A model generated the notes under the pieces. The model was not told where the DNA came from. It was given only the letters and a program-made list of their open reading frames with translations, and searched no databases. DNA of 64,000 bases, taken from positions 56,420,001 to 56,484,000 of the forward strand of contig OX597829.1 in assembly GCA_951406725.2 (NCBI GenBank). Reading direction: 5' to 3'. A program made the position numbers and the translations under genes. The stretch comes from Octopus vulgaris. Lineage: Eukaryota. This document shows, piece by piece, positions 1 through 14,732 of this stretch; within the stretch, counting starts at the first letter, position 1, and every line of letters starts with the position of its first letter.

Positions 1-410
1 CAGGGCCTCAAGGAGGCAAAGTGGCTGAGTTCCTTTCGAGCATTGAGCCTCATTGAGGCAAGTGGCTGAGTTCCTTTTGAGCGTTGGGCCTCATGGAGCA
101 ATGACCAAGACCTTTAGCATTATGTCCCATTAAGACCCATTAAGCTGAGCAAAATCACAGTCATGGTAGATAATGGTGTCATGCAAAAAGCACCCCAGTA
201 TCATGCAAATGGCACTTGTGCTGGTGGCGCATAAAAACACCCATTACATTCTTGGAGTGGCTAGAATTAGGAAGGGCATCCAGCCGTAGAAAACTATGCC
301 AAATCAGACTGGAGTCTGGTGCAGCCTTCCAGCATTGCAACCCGGTCAAACTGTCCAACTCATACCAGCATGGACAATGGACATTAAATGATGATGATGA
401 TGATGAGAGC
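1..410 (+). mobile_element. RTE LINE 3' UTR/tail fragment ending in (GAT)n
   Basis: aggaagggcatccagc...agactggag...catggacaatggacattaaatgatgatgat, the same tail as the LINE at 36945-38364. Confidence 0.8.
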
Positions 411-429
411 ATGGCTATTTTCCTGATGG

Positions 430-1800
430 TAGAAGGGTCCTGTCATTTTTCTAACTTTAGACGTTACTAAATTCCTTTTGAGGTTTCCTAGTTCCAGGTT
501 TTGTTTCCATATCTGGTATCTATTCCCTAATCCTGATACAAATTCAGCTATGAGCGTTAAGTCATTAGCATAAAGAAGATCCTACAGGCAGCCAGTCTTA
601 AACTTCTCTGCAATGACTTGAAAAATTATAAAAAACAGAAGGCAACTGAAGATTGAACCCTGATGCATGCCTCCTTTTATGCAGAATTTATCACAATTAT
701 ACTTATCAGTACACCTCACATTTCTGACTCTCCCTCTGTACATGGCTTGCACAACTCTTACAAGCCATTCATATTCTAGACATTTCTTCAGTGACCACTA
801 GTTCACAGAGTCTCTTTTGGTCAACAAAAGGTTAAATCCTGGCTAGATACTTCACCAGCAGATGACTTGATAGGCCAATGGCATCAGAAGTACTTTTTCC
901 AGGTACAAAACCTGACTGTATCATATCTGTGTTAAGTGTCTTCATAATAAGTCATACTATAACACTTTTTATAACCTTCATAACCTGGTGCAACAGTTTA
1001 ATACCTCTATAGATATGCAAGTCATCCACCTCTATGACCTGATATAATAATATAATAATAATGAAATTATTGTATACAGTGCTCAGGTGCACCACAACTT
1101 GTCAGAAAGTGCATATAAAGTACATGCAGTAATGTAAAAATGTCTGGAAAGCGAACAATGTATGAGTCAGATACATGCTTGTGTGTGTAAGGAGGGGAGA
1201 AAATCAGGTGTAGTGTTGGCAAATCTCAGAAAGCATGGAAGTTTTGAAGGATGCAGTGCTCCGACAACTAACAACGGATGCCGGCAGTTTGTTCCATGCT
1301 TCAGCAACTCTCAGCGTGAAAAAATGTTTCCTGAAGTCATGAAAAAATGTTTCCTGAAGGCGACCAGCTCATAAAGGATATTCTGCTACATATTTTAAAC
1401 ACCTTATTGACCAGGTACCTTCCCTATCAACATATTCTTAATTGCGCTATCTCCCATTCTGCTGCCAACTTGGATGGTTGATTCCTCTGCTGGTCTACTT
1501 GGGATAGATCCTATTTCTTTCATGCATTCTTCTCTTCCAATAACCACTTACATGTTTCATTCAATTTGCCTATAAGAACAAAAATGCCCCTATCATTCCT
1601 TACACACTTTTTCCAGTGATGTGTTGGTTCTCTCTCACATGCCACCTTGCAGTCCAGATAGACAGTTATACAAGACTTTAGTGGTAATTGTCTTGGTAAC
1701 TTTTATACACAGATCAATTCTTATAATAGCACCGACTGAAGAGAGAAAAGATTCTGGATGTGTATGAATAGCCAAGAACAAAGTTAGTAAGAGAGATTAC
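430..1800 (-). mobile_element. Degenerate RTE LINE remnant (endonuclease and RT pieces)
   Basis: Minus-strand GMHQGSIFSCL and DLLYANDLTLIAE (YADD-like). Many disruptions, and interrupted by a CR1 tail. Confidence 0.6.
1045..1340 (-). mobile_element. CR1-like LINE 3' end with (TTA)n tail
   Basis: Minus-strand HDFRKHFFTLRVAEAWNKLPASVVSCRSTASFK, the typical CR1 ORF2 C-terminus. Confidence 0.75.
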
Positions 1801-3299
1801 AAAATTAAGCTAAGTAGCTACTTTCCAGATGGAAAGTAGCTACATTGCTTAATATGCAGCAAGAAAAGAAAAGAATGGATATGAACTTGATTGTGTGTAT
1901 TCATAGGGAAGCAACAGGTACACAAAAAGATGCAATGTGATTTCTTGTGGGTTCACCAAAAACTAAGATTTTGGGTGTACATGATAAATATACAAGACTG
2001 AATATGTAGTATGTTGAGACAACATATTTTACATGGTTGTGTCCATAACCTAAGAGATCTAATTTATGTTGAGAAGTTCAGGGAGTTGTTGCCAACGCTA
2101 GTAACATAAAGGGTATTTTTTTTTTCTCTTTGTATAAAGTAGGTTTAAGCATGGCATTGCATGGGGGATATGATGTGAATGTTAGATATGCAGAGATTTG
2201 TAAAGAAATGAGATAGGTGTAATCTATTAGGCATATAATGAGTAAAGCATGAAAAACAAGATCACAATCAAACAAACAAAACAAGTGGACATTTAAAACA
2301 AGAGACAGGAATATGCTGGTTTGGAATTGATGTAAAGAGATGAGTTGTTTGCTCTCAGGATATTATTGCTAACAGAGAAATGGCAAGCAGTAAATATTTA
2401 ATTCTATTGTTAATATGACGAATATTGACATCAGCTTTAATTCTATTGTAAACAGAAAAATAATCACATTCATTTCGGCGGTCCAGTCTTCTTCGGATGG
2501 CACCTGTGCTTTGAAAAATCTCTCCATCTAATTGCCATAATTTAATTTCTTTTTATTCTTCTAATTATTTTAGGGGGGAGTTTCGAATCCGGATACCCAC
2601 CACCCATAAGTTGGATCTTCTCCGTTTTGACAATGATCTCAGACACTCCAATACTTTTTTTTAATTTGGGGGTAGGGGGACTTTCAAACTTTCTTTTTTA
2701 ATAGCATAAAATGTGTTTGAGGAGAAGAGTATTGAAAAACATCAATGCATGTCAGAGTAACAAAGAAACGAGGAAGGTGGCCGTGGGATGAACTAGAAAC
2801 AATAGTCACATCTCCCTTAAATCACACACCTTTTCGTATGAACTTCTTTTTTTTTTTTTTTTACCGAAAAGGCTTCTCGTTGTTTTTAAGTGTGTAGTGC
2901 CCCCAAAATCGGCCAAAATCGGTTAAGGGTTTAGGGAATGGCTAACAAAAAAATCATAAGTTTTTCAAAATTGTTTACATGTAAAGATGCTGTTTATTTC
3001 GAGGGCCGAGATGAGAACAAAAATTGGGAAAATCCCCATCAAAACGGAGAAAATAGAAATTATGGTGATCGTCCTGATTAGAAACTCAGCCTTAAAATGA
3101 TTCAATTTAAGCGAATTAGAGGATTCCGAGCGAATTTCTGATAGTTTACAACTTGAGAAATGCAAATAATAATGCGAAATGTTTAATTCTTTAGTTAGAC
3201 TTTAGTCATGCAGCAATGGACGGTGCCTCGGTGCACATCACACAGATAACTTTAGTCACCTTAATAAAGGTAGTAGACTTCTTTTAGTAACTTTACTAT

Positions 3300-3333
<34 letters not shown>

Positions 3334-3344
3334 GTACATGTGTG

Positions 3345-3389
<45 letters not shown>

Positions 3390-3493
3390 TACAATTCATC
3401 TGCACCGATATATCCACAGCACCCTTTAACTGCACGTTGGAAATTACTACAGAGGTGTATTGATGCACCATAGTGCTTGTATCTATCTATTCG

Positions 3494-3539
<46 letters not shown>

Positions 3540-5039
3540 GTGTGTGTGTATATAATATGGACACATGGTAGAGAGGTGTGTACACAAGCCAACTTGACGT
3601 TTCCTGTCCTAAACTCGATTCCACCGATCAATGAAAAACACCGGACAAAATGACAAATTAAAACCAGTTAAATTCGGTAAAAGCAATTCGTTAATATTTT
3701 TAAGAATCTGAATTTACAGAAAAGTGAATTAGAAAGAAGAAAAAAAAAAGACACTAATAGTCTTAAAATACATTGTTTAAAAAAAGTCATATTTGTTACC
3801 GTTTGGATAATAAATAGAGTCGATTGTTGTTGATTTGAGGTGAAAGTTGTTTCACTTCCGGCGGTTTCGCGGATTTTTAAGCAAAAGAGGCAAATATTTC
3901 ATTCATTCGTCGGAGATACGCGGCCCAAGTGAATGCGAAGTTCTTAGGGAAAAACATCGATTATTAGATTGAAGTAGGTGTTTATATAGCCAATATATCG
4001 GAGTACATACATATTTAGGCCCTAAAAACAATTATATTCATTGGAGAAAACAGAAGGAAAAACCATACTAATTGTTTAGTTGTAGTTTAGGATATTGAGA
4101 GACTTTGTTTACATTCTTTCCAACAGCATCAAACGTAGAAGCCTCGGCGCTGTCGCTCGATATGTTTGTTGGAAGCATTGCTTCTTCCAAATACCCTTCA
4201 GATTACTCTCTGTCATCTTACAAACGAAAGAATATACACTTGTAAGGCTGTAAAAACCCAAAACAAAAACAGGCGGAATTCTCGTTTAAGCATCCCATTA
4301 TAATCCCGCATGATTAAAAAAAAAAAAATTTGGGGTATTTTCCGAAAATGTTTATGAATTTGCGTTCCACACACAGGGATTCATACGATTATGGAAAACA
4401 AATTATGTTTTTAATTTCTCAAACCAGACCATTAAAAGTGTTTATGGGTAGAAAAATATCAATACATGTCAGAGTGGCAGGGAAAGTATCAGGTGGTAAT
4501 GTGATTTGCTAAAAATAACAACTAAATCGCCCTTTCGGTTTCTGCATAGTTTTATAAATTCCCTTATTGACTCTGATTTCTTGCATGATTAGAGACTTTG
4601 CGAACACTAGTGAGAAAATAAAAATTATACGAGTTCATATACGTTATCACGATTGTTAGTTGCTTTTAGATGTTGAACTAAATAAGAAAGTTTTGTCTAC
4701 TAAATTACATGGAAAACATAGTCGGATCGCTATTAGTCGCTCTTGGCCGCTACTGGTAACATGTAAAACCTGTTATATGGTCAGGTCATCGGCGACTAAA
4801 CTAGCAACCCCATCAAGCTTGTTTGGTGAGGAGGAGGATGGTTGGACACCCTGCGGGACGAAAAATAAGACCTGTCAAAGAGCGGAGAAACTAATGAGTT
4901 GTCAACGGCCATTCAACAATGTGTGTATGGAATATATATCTATCATATATTTATTTATATCTTTTTCATTTCTTTTTATATATTTAAGTCTTTAAATTTT
5001 ATTTTATTGTCTAGAATAGTTGGATGAGAGTAGCACATG

Positions 5040-8000
5040 ATAGGGAGATTGTCGCACCCTTTTAGGGTTGGTCCACTCACCTAGGTACCCCTTGACTCCC
5101 AGCTCTCATCTATGGTTTCTCGTAGCTGTTTGCATGCAATAGTGGCCATACCCCGGGCAACGGCTTCAACAGGCCAACTTAAGTAGGTAAGGATAGCTGG
5201 CGGGTTTCAAACCCACGGTGTGTAAATTAGGGTTTACTCACCCTTAGCATGTGAAGACTGGTTCCTGCAGACGATACCAAAAGTAGTCCAACGGCTATGA
5301 AGTCTGTGGAGCGCTTGGGGCAGAACAAGACGCGAAAACGTTCTGGTCATCCACTGGGACAGGGAGGCCTTTAGACTTAATAGTTCTCCGTGCCACTGGA
5401 CCAAGGTCTCTTCTGCCGAGAGAGTGAGACTGTCCACGTACATCGACTCTTTCACAGCTATCTGTATCTCAGCCCCAACGGCGACAGGAGAATGGCGAAA
5501 GTGACAGGTGGAGGTAACCACTGGAAGTCATAGTCACGAGCCTGCACGTTGGTGGCCAGGGACTTTGATCGTTGTTCTTCGAACTCGGGGCAGCGGAGGA
5601 CTCTGGCAGCATCTCAAGCGACTAAGTAGCCTTTTTAGGAATGCACTGCTCACCCCAGTAAGGGAGGGGGCCGAGAAAAGGTGGCCTAAAGAAACCCTGC
5701 CCTACACCGTCTGCTCAGTTTACCGCGGCTGGCAGACTTACCCATTTGCGGTGGATTCCAACTGAAAAAGAAACTCAACATCGACGTGAAACGTGCGTAA
5801 TCTTCTAGATCGTGACAATGTCTCTCAAGACCTAAGTGAAGGACAACCCTTGTAGCCAACAAACTGTCAAGGTACAACATCGACATTGCCGCCTTGAGCG
5901 AAACCAGACTGGCCGAAGACGGATCAGTGACCGAATCCAATGGATACACCTTTTTCTGGAAAGGAAAAGCCCAGAACGAAGACCGCATCCATAGGATTGG
6001 ACTTGCCATCAGGACCAAACTCTTCAAAAAAATCTCCGATCTCCCGACTGACGTCAATGAAAGGCTGATGAAGATCCGCCTCCCCATCAGCAACAACCGG
6101 TTCATCACTATCATCAGCGCCTACGCCCTCGCCACGGAGGAAGTCAAGGAGCTGCTTGAATTACACCGACCTGGACACTCTTCTTTCACACCATGCCTGC
6201 TACTCACAGGTGCCTTCAACGCCAGAGCTGAGTAACGAGGAGTGGAGGGGAGTGATCAGGAGGCACGATGTTGCTAAGACGAACAGCAACGAACTTCTGC
6301 TGAGCAAATGTGCAGAACATGAAGTGCTCGTCACAAACACAATCTTTAGGCAGGCTAATAAATATAAGAACACATTGATGCACCTCCGATCCAAACAATG
6401 GCAACTCATAGCCTACATCATCACCCGTTAGCGAGACAGCAGTGACGTCCTCGCCACCAGAGCAATGCGCAGAGCAGACTGCTGGACAAGACCACCGCCT
6501 TATTCGAGCCATGCTCAATATTCGCATAGACCCCACCACCCCAAATGCCACAAGCTCATCAAGCAGGCCTTCAACACAGCAAGACTCCAGTCTACTCAAC
6601 AACAGCGGGACTTCCAGAACAGTCTAGATGAAAGACTCGATACAGCAGATCTGCTTACTGGAGAACCAGAAAATCAATGGAACCAGTTCAAAGAATCGGT
6701 CACTTAGACAGCTAAAGCAGTCCTTGGCCCCAAGAGGAGACATCATCAAGACTGGTTTGATGAAAACAAAAAAGCCATCCAAACCCTTCTGAATAAGAAG
6801 AGAGCTGCCTACATCAACTGCCAGAACCATCCCAGCTGTATCTCACGACGTGACAGGTTGAAGGAATACAAGGCCAGAGTTCAGCGTGCACTCTACGCCA
6901 TACAAGATGCTTGGTGGGAAAAGAAGCTGATGAAATGCAGTTCTACGCTGATACAAACAACTCCAAGCAGCTGTTTAACACTATCAAAGGCATCTCCGGG
7001 CCTTCAGATAGAGGATTGGCACTCCTACTCTCCGCTGATAGCTCCACTATCATCAAAGACAAGGAAGGTCCTCAACCGCCTTTCCATCGTCGACCCAAAC
7101 AGCCCTACAGCAAATCACCCAGCAGCCAATCCAGGAAGATCTGGACCTCCCCGCCTAGAGGAACTGACCATCATCAAACAGATGATCTGCGGTAAAGCAC
7201 CAGGAAGGGATGGAATACCTGCTGAACTGTTCGAGTCGCTCGAACCCACAGCCTTCAACACCTTCCATGACATCCTCTTGACCATTTGGAACCAGGACGA
7301 CATCCCAAAAGATATGTGAGACGCCACCATAGTCGCTCTATGCAAGAACAAAGGAGCCAGGACAGACTGCAGCAACCAGAGGGATCTCTCTACTCTGCAC
7401 AGCAGGCAAAATCCTCGTCGCATCTTCCTCAACAAACTCATCTCCGAGAGCAACCTGCCCGAGGTCCAATGTTGCGTCCACCCTGGCCGCAGTACCATAG
7501 ACATGGCGTTTGCTGTGCGACAAGTGCAAGAGAAGTGCATTGAGCAGCAGATGGACCTGTAGGCCGTGTTCGTTGACCTGATCAAGGTTTTTGACACAGT
7601 CGACTGAGAAGCCTAATGGATCATCCTCAGATTGCCCACAAAAAATCACAACCTTGGTCAAGCTCTTCCACAACATGAAGGGTCAGGTCCTTTCTAACGG
7701 AGCCTACACGAACTCCTTTAACATCTCTAATGAAGTCAAATAGGGCTGTCTCTTCGCCACAATGCTCTTCAACTTGTTCATCACGCAGGTCATCCTCCAC
7801 CCTGTAAAAAACCTCGACCTGGGTGTGTACATCAAGTACCGAAATGATGACTCCGTATTCGACCTCTGCCGCCTGTCTGCCAAAACGAAACCAGGGAAAC
7901 GCTCATCCTCGAAACCCTTTTCCCGGACGATTGTGCCGTCACGGTCCACAGGGAAAACCACCTCCAGATCGTCGCCAATCGCTTCGCCGTAGCATCAAGA

Positions 8001-8847
8001 CTCTTCGGCCTGACCATCAGCCTTGGGTAGACAGAGGTCCTACTCCAGGCAGCCCCGAATACAACAAAACTTAAGCCAGCTATCACCATTGATGGGATTG
8101 AGCTGAACTGTGTCGAAAGCTTCAGGTACCTAGGCAGCACTATCTCTGCAGACGGTCCAGCGAGTAAAGAGATTCGCATCCAGGATCGAATAAGCCAGTC
8201 AAGAACTCGGTAGATGCAGAGTTAAAATACTACAACAGAAAGGCGTGTGGCTGTCCACGAAACTCAAGATATTGTTCTCTCCACGCTGCTTTCCATACCG
8301 CCGGCAGATGAAACAGTTGGAACAATCATGGACATCCGCTGACAAGACAGAGTCTCTAATCAAGAAGTCCTAGATGGAGCAGAGTTCACGAGCGTCGAGG
8401 CACTTCTGCTTAAAGCTCAGTTACGTTGGACCGGCGATGTCATCAAAATGAACGACTACCGCATTCCCAGACAGCTGATGTACGGTAAGCTGAAGGAAGG
8501 CACAAGGTAACAAGGAAGACCCAAGCTGAGGTATAAGGACACCCTAAAGCGGTGTAACATCCAGCCTCATAAACTCGGGACCGCAGTCACAAACAGAGCT
8601 AACCTGGAAGTCAATCACCAACACCGCTGTAACTGCCTTTGAGGATGTTAGGCAGCAACACCTTGCAATCGCGAGAGGCAAACGTCAGTGTGCCACATTA
8701 TCCTCAGTCTTCATCACAGACTACCAGTGTCCAACCTGCGGGTGCCTGTATGCTCCCGGCTGTGGGCTGCGGAGCTACATACGTTCCCACCGCTGACTGC
8801 TGAGATTTTAGACTACGTCTTCATCGGAGATCTATGGACTACCAAGA
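5040..8847 (+). mobile_element. Near full-length degenerate RTE-clade LINE (5' UTR, APE endonuclease, RT, C-terminal Cys/His motif)
   Basis: YNIDIAALSETRLAEDGSVTESNGYTFFWKG; GKAPGRDGIPAE; RSTIDMAFAVRQVQEKCIEQ; FVDLIKVFDTV; FRYLGSTIS; CPTC...H near the end. Many stops and frameshifts. Confidence 0.9.
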
Positions 8848-9730
8848 TTACGTTCGTGAGACTTGTATGGTGTTTAGAATGCCGAACCTCAATACTTTCC
8901 CCAACCATACTGAGTACCACCATATAGGGTTAGTCGAACAAATCAAAACAGAAATTATTTTAATCTGATACTTATGTAACGGGTAAGGTCGATTAGGTAC
9001 ACAATATTATGATGTGTCGAAGTCAGCAGTTGTAACGATAAAAATATGTTGTTATAATTGCATACTGTAGGATGTGAAAGATGAACAATGCATGAAGTTT
9101 TAAGAAAGTATTTATTTACCATTACGTTAAAAAATACCATACCTCAACGAGCAGGTTATGATTGATCCAAAAGCATGTGAAAGAAAGTTAGATGCGGTAG
9201 AAGATTTCTTTGCATAGTTTGGCGTATACAAACAGTTTGTAGTAATCCACAGATAGCGACAGAATATTATAAGAGAACAGAATTGGAGCTAGAGAGAATT
9301 GTAGGGTGTCTCACAGTTGCTGACAGTAAATTTCATTTCTCTTGCTGACCATTGTCTTTAGTAGCTGCATTCCTTGTGATTCTAGCAGTCCGTTCCCTAA
9401 CTAATTGAGTCGTCACGAGCCGCCTCGCTCAGTTGTCGCCAAGTGACTATATGGTTTATGCTTGGGGGTTCTTGTTTTTATAGCTATCCAGAAGGATAGA
9501 TATATGATTGAGAACAATAGATTTAGTTGGTGGTCTTGTTATCTCTATTCTAGCTTTTGGTGAAGTAGAAGAGGTTAGAAAGGGTCAAGTGGTGAAGACA
9601 TTATTTCTGCCTAGCTAAAGGCATCTGGAAAATGGAAAATTGCTGTAAGAGAAAAACCATTGTTCCACCGTGGGAAAAGTTCTGTTGCAGTGTAAATTTA
9701 AATTTGGCCACTTCATGCTTGCAAGATCCA

Positions 9731-9945
9731 CTACATCACTTCCCTCGCCAGTGAGGTTCCGGGAAAGGAAACGAACGATCGAAGGAGATAAAGAAATGCG
9801 TGGTAAATGCGTTGGAATGTTTTTCAGCAGTGAAATGCGTCTGATGCTGTTGTCGTTGTTAATTGCTGAGCTAGCAAGGATGACATTGTAAGCATGCTTG
9901 AGGGATGCGCGAGACAGATAATTTTCTCTGTTAATTACGTGACCA
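9731..9945 (-). mobile_element. Possible second Gypsy 3' end (integrase tail, PPT, LTR start TGTAG)
   Basis: Minus-strand LKHAY-like tail, then cactggcgagggaagtga-TGTAG. Confidence 0.35.
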
Positions 9946-10850
9946 AACAGGTGTCTAACAGGGGGAAATTGTGTCTAACAGGGGGAAATTGTATCTAAAC
10001 ATGAGCGCAGAGCATGTGAACATCCGACGTGCTTTGAGTCGGGAGAAGAATTGAGCTGACGCAGACGTGTAGTAAAACAAGAGAGTAGATGTGCATAACA
10101 GAGGTGCGTGTGCATGAGTGCTATAGAGGTTGCAAGGCTGAGGCTAATGCTAGTGCATTGAGTACAAATACAGTGTACAGTATTGAATATACCAGTGATT
10201 AATGCAGTAAGGCTGAGGCTGCCTGCCGGTGCATGAGGTAGTATATGCCTCGATCATGCAGGAGCGAAAGTGTGGCATGCTGGCGCGTTGTAAGGGACAA
10301 ACAACTTTATGTATGCGTGACCGACCAAGGATCTTACAGAGATGAGTTGTGTCTACAAGGGCGCATTGAGCATGGAAAACAGTGTGGTGCATGAATGTGA
10401 GAGAGATAGCATTTTTGTGTGTATGTGTGCAGATGCGTGCACAAGGCCAGGCGCTGATGAAAGGTGCATGCGTGTGTATATGCAACAATACATTTTCAAA
10501 GTGATGGGGAAAAATATATACATGCAAAATGCAACGTGCGACAATGCGACTGAAAGAAAGTGGAAGTGCAAAATATGAATAAAATTGAGAAGACATGCAA
10601 ACAAAAAATTCAGGTTATGAATAAATGTTCAGGTGATTCACAAATGTTCTGTTCATGAATAAAATGTTCAGTTCATTTGAGTCTGATAGAATGTAAGCAG
10701 GATCAATTTTTATTTAATATGAGAAACATAAAATTGAATTAATGTAATGTAAATGTTACAGGTATGGTCCTTGTGAAGTTCAGTGGAAAGAAAAATATAA
10801 ATAAGTTTTGTAGCTGTCCGTGTAGAAATTAAGGCATTGGTGCCTGTAAA

Positions 10851-12245
10851 TCACTCACCTGGAATGTTTTTGAAATAGAAAATTTGTATGTATTTCGCCG
10901 GCCAGCGGACTCTTCGCCGCCCGCTTCTTGTTCGAGTTTGCTGTGAAGACGTTGAGGTACTTTTGGGAGGTGTTGACGAGACAGTGTCGGTTTGGTGCGG
11001 AGTGGACGATGAAGAGGTGGAATTGGGTTCGTCGATAGCTTTCTTAAGTCGATCGATGCTAATAGTATTTGGCTTGCCATTTTTGTCGACGACGAAGTGT
11101 TTTTCCCTCCTCTGTAGTACTCTGTATGGTCCAGAATATGGTGGACGGATCTGTGATGGTATTCCATCGTTCCGGATAAAAACGTGCGTCCATTGGTTAA
11201 TGTCCGAGGGGGACATACGTGTCGGTTTTCTGCGAACGGGGTGCGTTAGGTGAGAGATGGGACATATGTGTGCGGAGACGATGTACATAAAATGTGGGAT
11301 CAGGTATATTCCTTGGAGGAACTGGAGTGATCATTTGCCCAGGCAAGGCCAGCGTGGTGCCGTAAACTAACTCAGCTGGTGAGTGACCAATGTCGTCCTT
11401 AACAGATATACGGATACCGAGCAGAATAAGAGGAAGGAATTCCATCCAGGTGGTAACGTCTGGACGTGCACGTATGACGGATTTCAGATGCCTGTGGAAT
11501 CTCTCTATCATGCTGTTTGCCGATCGAGCGCGTGAGTTCGTTGAAAAGGCGCGAATCGAATTGTCGTTCTCTGTCTGTCATGATGGTTGCGAGGACACCG
11601 AAACGCGATACCCAGTATAATATCAGCGGTTTCCGCTGAAGTATCAGACAGAGCGAAAGCCTCGGGCCATCGAGAAAAGCGGTCGAAGCAGGTCAACAGA
11701 TGCGTATAGTTGTGAGACTATATCTATGTGGTTGTGTTGAAAACGTGAGTCCGGTGTTGTGAAAGTGCCGAGAGGCGATTTTACATGTCGCTGTATTTTC
11801 GCCTTTTGGCAGGCAGCGCAACTCTTAGCCCAAGCGCGGATGTCCTTGTTAATGTTCGTCCACACAAAACGAGTTGTTATCATCTTCTGTGTGGAACGAA
11901 TGCCGGGATGTGATAGACGGTGAAGGGCAGTGAAAATACGTCGTCGGTGTTGTTCGGGGACGCAAGGACGTTCGTGGCCAGTGGAGGTATCGCACCATAT
12001 GTGACAGGTAGAAGATAATGGGAGCAGATGGAAATTGAGGGACGACGAATTCCGTAGCCTATTAAAAGCTCTCCGTCGTTTTCCTGATCCGCCGCGATCG
12101 GCTGAAGATCGATAGTCTCTGGAGCGTGCAGAGCGTTAAGATGGACGCGTGAAAGCGCGTCTGCTGCAGTGTTGTCGGAGCCTTTGATATGCCGAATATC
12201 TGTGGAATATTGGGCGATGAAGTCGGGGTGACGGACTTCTCTGGG
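10851..12245 (-). mobile_element. Ty3/Gypsy pol fragment (RNase H end, integrase HHCC, core, GPY/F)
   Basis: IRHIKGSDNTAADALSR; SCAACQKAK; DRFSRWPEA; ERFHRHLK; SPAELVYG; PPYSGPYRVL; ISIDRLK. Frameshifted and truncated at (GATA)n. Confidence 0.92.
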
Positions 12246-12396
<151 letters not shown>

Positions 12397-12639
12397 AATA
12401 TATGACTGATTATGGTATATAATTGGTCAGAGTGTTACTGTCTGTCACGCCAACTATTGCACAAGGCAACATTGACGACTCTCAAATATGTTAACCAGAA
12501 GCGCATAACCTTTATCAGGCGAGAGGTATATATAGACTCTGGGTTGCCTAGTATTGGTAAAAGGAAATCGAACGAAACAGTGAGAAAAAATAACATTTTC
12601 AAGGAGGTAGAGTTATTTTCTATGGATTGATGCTTGCCT

Positions 12640-14300
12640 GATATTTGCGTATGTAAGCATATTTGATGTTCCTTAGTTCAAAAATGGATACGACCAAGTG
12701 CGAAAATAAATTTCATACTCATGGAGGCATTATCAAATTATTTCACTTTTATAGTTCGGAAAAGCAACCAGATCGTGTAAATTTGCAATGTTTACTTCTG
12801 TAGACCGTCCCAGGATCTTTCAATTCATTTTGTACAACGTTGCTCCCTCTTTTGATTACCATATATAGCTGGGTAACGCTGTAACATTTATGCCCCTCTT
12901 GGGTTATCAAAATGGATTTGTGATTATGTAGTCTGGCCTTAAAAAGGAACTCTTTATCCTAACTTATTTCTGTATATGTGTCACTCTGTTGTTATTGGAT
13001 GACATTGTCTCTGCTTTGTAAATCGCGGCTTTTGTGTTGCATGTACATTCATTGGGCACTTATTGTATATCCTACATGAGCATCTTGCACCTGCCCGAGG
13101 CCTTGAGGTACTCATTAATATATTTTAATACAAGGTGCACAGCTAAACATGACCGTTAAGTCATACCGATTGAATATTTTCCTATACCTATGATCCTGTG
13201 TAAAATGCTTATCCACTAATCTAAGGAAGTTCCTTCCCATGTATGTTTTTGCATTGGGAAAAAAGGGAGGGGGAGAAAGCCAGATGACTTTTCTGCAACG
13301 CTTTCTCTTTTGAGTTGAAGCGAAGGGTTCACGACTTTAATGAGTCGGTTGCTGTGTCTGTCCGTTCAATAGTAATTGGTATACGGAGACAGACAGACAA
13401 AACTCAACTCGTGCAATAGAAAAGCTTATTAAAAGCAGTGGATTACGTACAATGTAAGATGCCTTTTATAACATTTCTGTAAAGAAGTAAGTTGTGTTTT
13501 ATAGAGATGTCTATAGTGTGATAGTGGTAAATGAATGCGTGAAGACATTAGATGCACTTTGTGTATACAGAAAGAGACTTAACGGAAATTTTTCTAGAAA
13601 ACATGGGAGGTGACGACATTGAGTTTGGTCGGTACTGCCAGCGCACGTGGACGAAGAGTGGTTCTTGTGTGGGAGACGCCAGTGCAAACGCGATAGAACC
13701 AAACTACAAGCTAGGAGTCATTAGAGGAACTAAGTGAAGGAACTCAATTAAACATGGCCGCAGCCACATTATATAAGAGACAATCGGGCGTAGTAAAGGG
13801 AGTCTGTTTATTCGGCCAATCATAAATCGGATAGAGCTGTAAACTTACCGTGTCGTTTGAGCCGACTTGAGATTCAAAATGTATGTGTTAAACTAATGCT
13901 AGTACAGACATGCTACAGGGTGATAGGACTGGGTGTCAAAGTATTGCAGTCTTTAAACTTACTGGTTACCAGGACCTTATTATAGGAAGTTGCCGCATCA
14001 AAAACATCTTTATTTGAAGGAAGGTTCGAAGTCTTCTTACTGACACTCTTTACAAAGTTTTTAAACATTATAGGTGGCTGGCAGGAGGTTGCGTTGATGT
14101 ACAACAACCTTACAATCGGTTTGCAGAAGGGCCCGTGTGAACTTTTGCCTAAATTAACCATTATGTCGATTTAGACTCAATGTTACAATGTTAGCCAATG
14201 ATTATAAGAGGAAGCAAACGCCACTCAAAATCAGCTGTTACTGGGATGGCCTAGGTCATGTCTAAACGGAAGCAGGCATTGCAAACTTTACCTAGCAGTG
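12640..14300 (-). mobile_element. Penelope-like element remnant (RT thumb to GIY-YIG, Hydra-clade-like)
   Basis: KPIVRLLYINATSCQPP...SNKDVFDAA; RKVIW; AIYKAE; FKARLHNHKS. Heavily decayed. Confidence 0.6.
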
Positions 14301-14732
14301 AAGTGAAGCATTCTAAAAATTCATTCAATCCAAGTGTTATCTGAATTAAAACAGTGAGATATTCAGATGCCACCCGTATGTACACATACTAAGAGAATAG
14401 CATCAATCCATGGGAAATAACTCTTCTTTTCCTCTCGGGAAATATTTTTTCTATGAGTTTCATTCCAACCTCGAACCATCCAGTGTCTGTATAACCCTCA
14501 GGCCTAAAAAAGGTCATGCTGTTCTAGCCAGCATCTCTGAAGAGTAGTCAGTATTTCCTAATGCAATAGCCGGTGTGAAACCGACAATAACATTTTTGAT
14601 TAATTTTATGCCATAACCAGTGATATACTGATTGACTACAGATATGCATGCGTGCATGCATATGTGTGTGTTTGTGTATATGTGTGTGCGTGCGTGCGCG
14701 CGCGTGCGTATTTATGTATGTATTATGTGTAC

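Noticed and set aside
2465-2505. Possible minus-strand exon (VPSEEDWTAEM)
   Set aside because: No donor or partner exon. It could equally be a decayed hammerhead-like motif (CCGAAGA-A-GAC..GCC-GAAA), and it is too weak to call either way.
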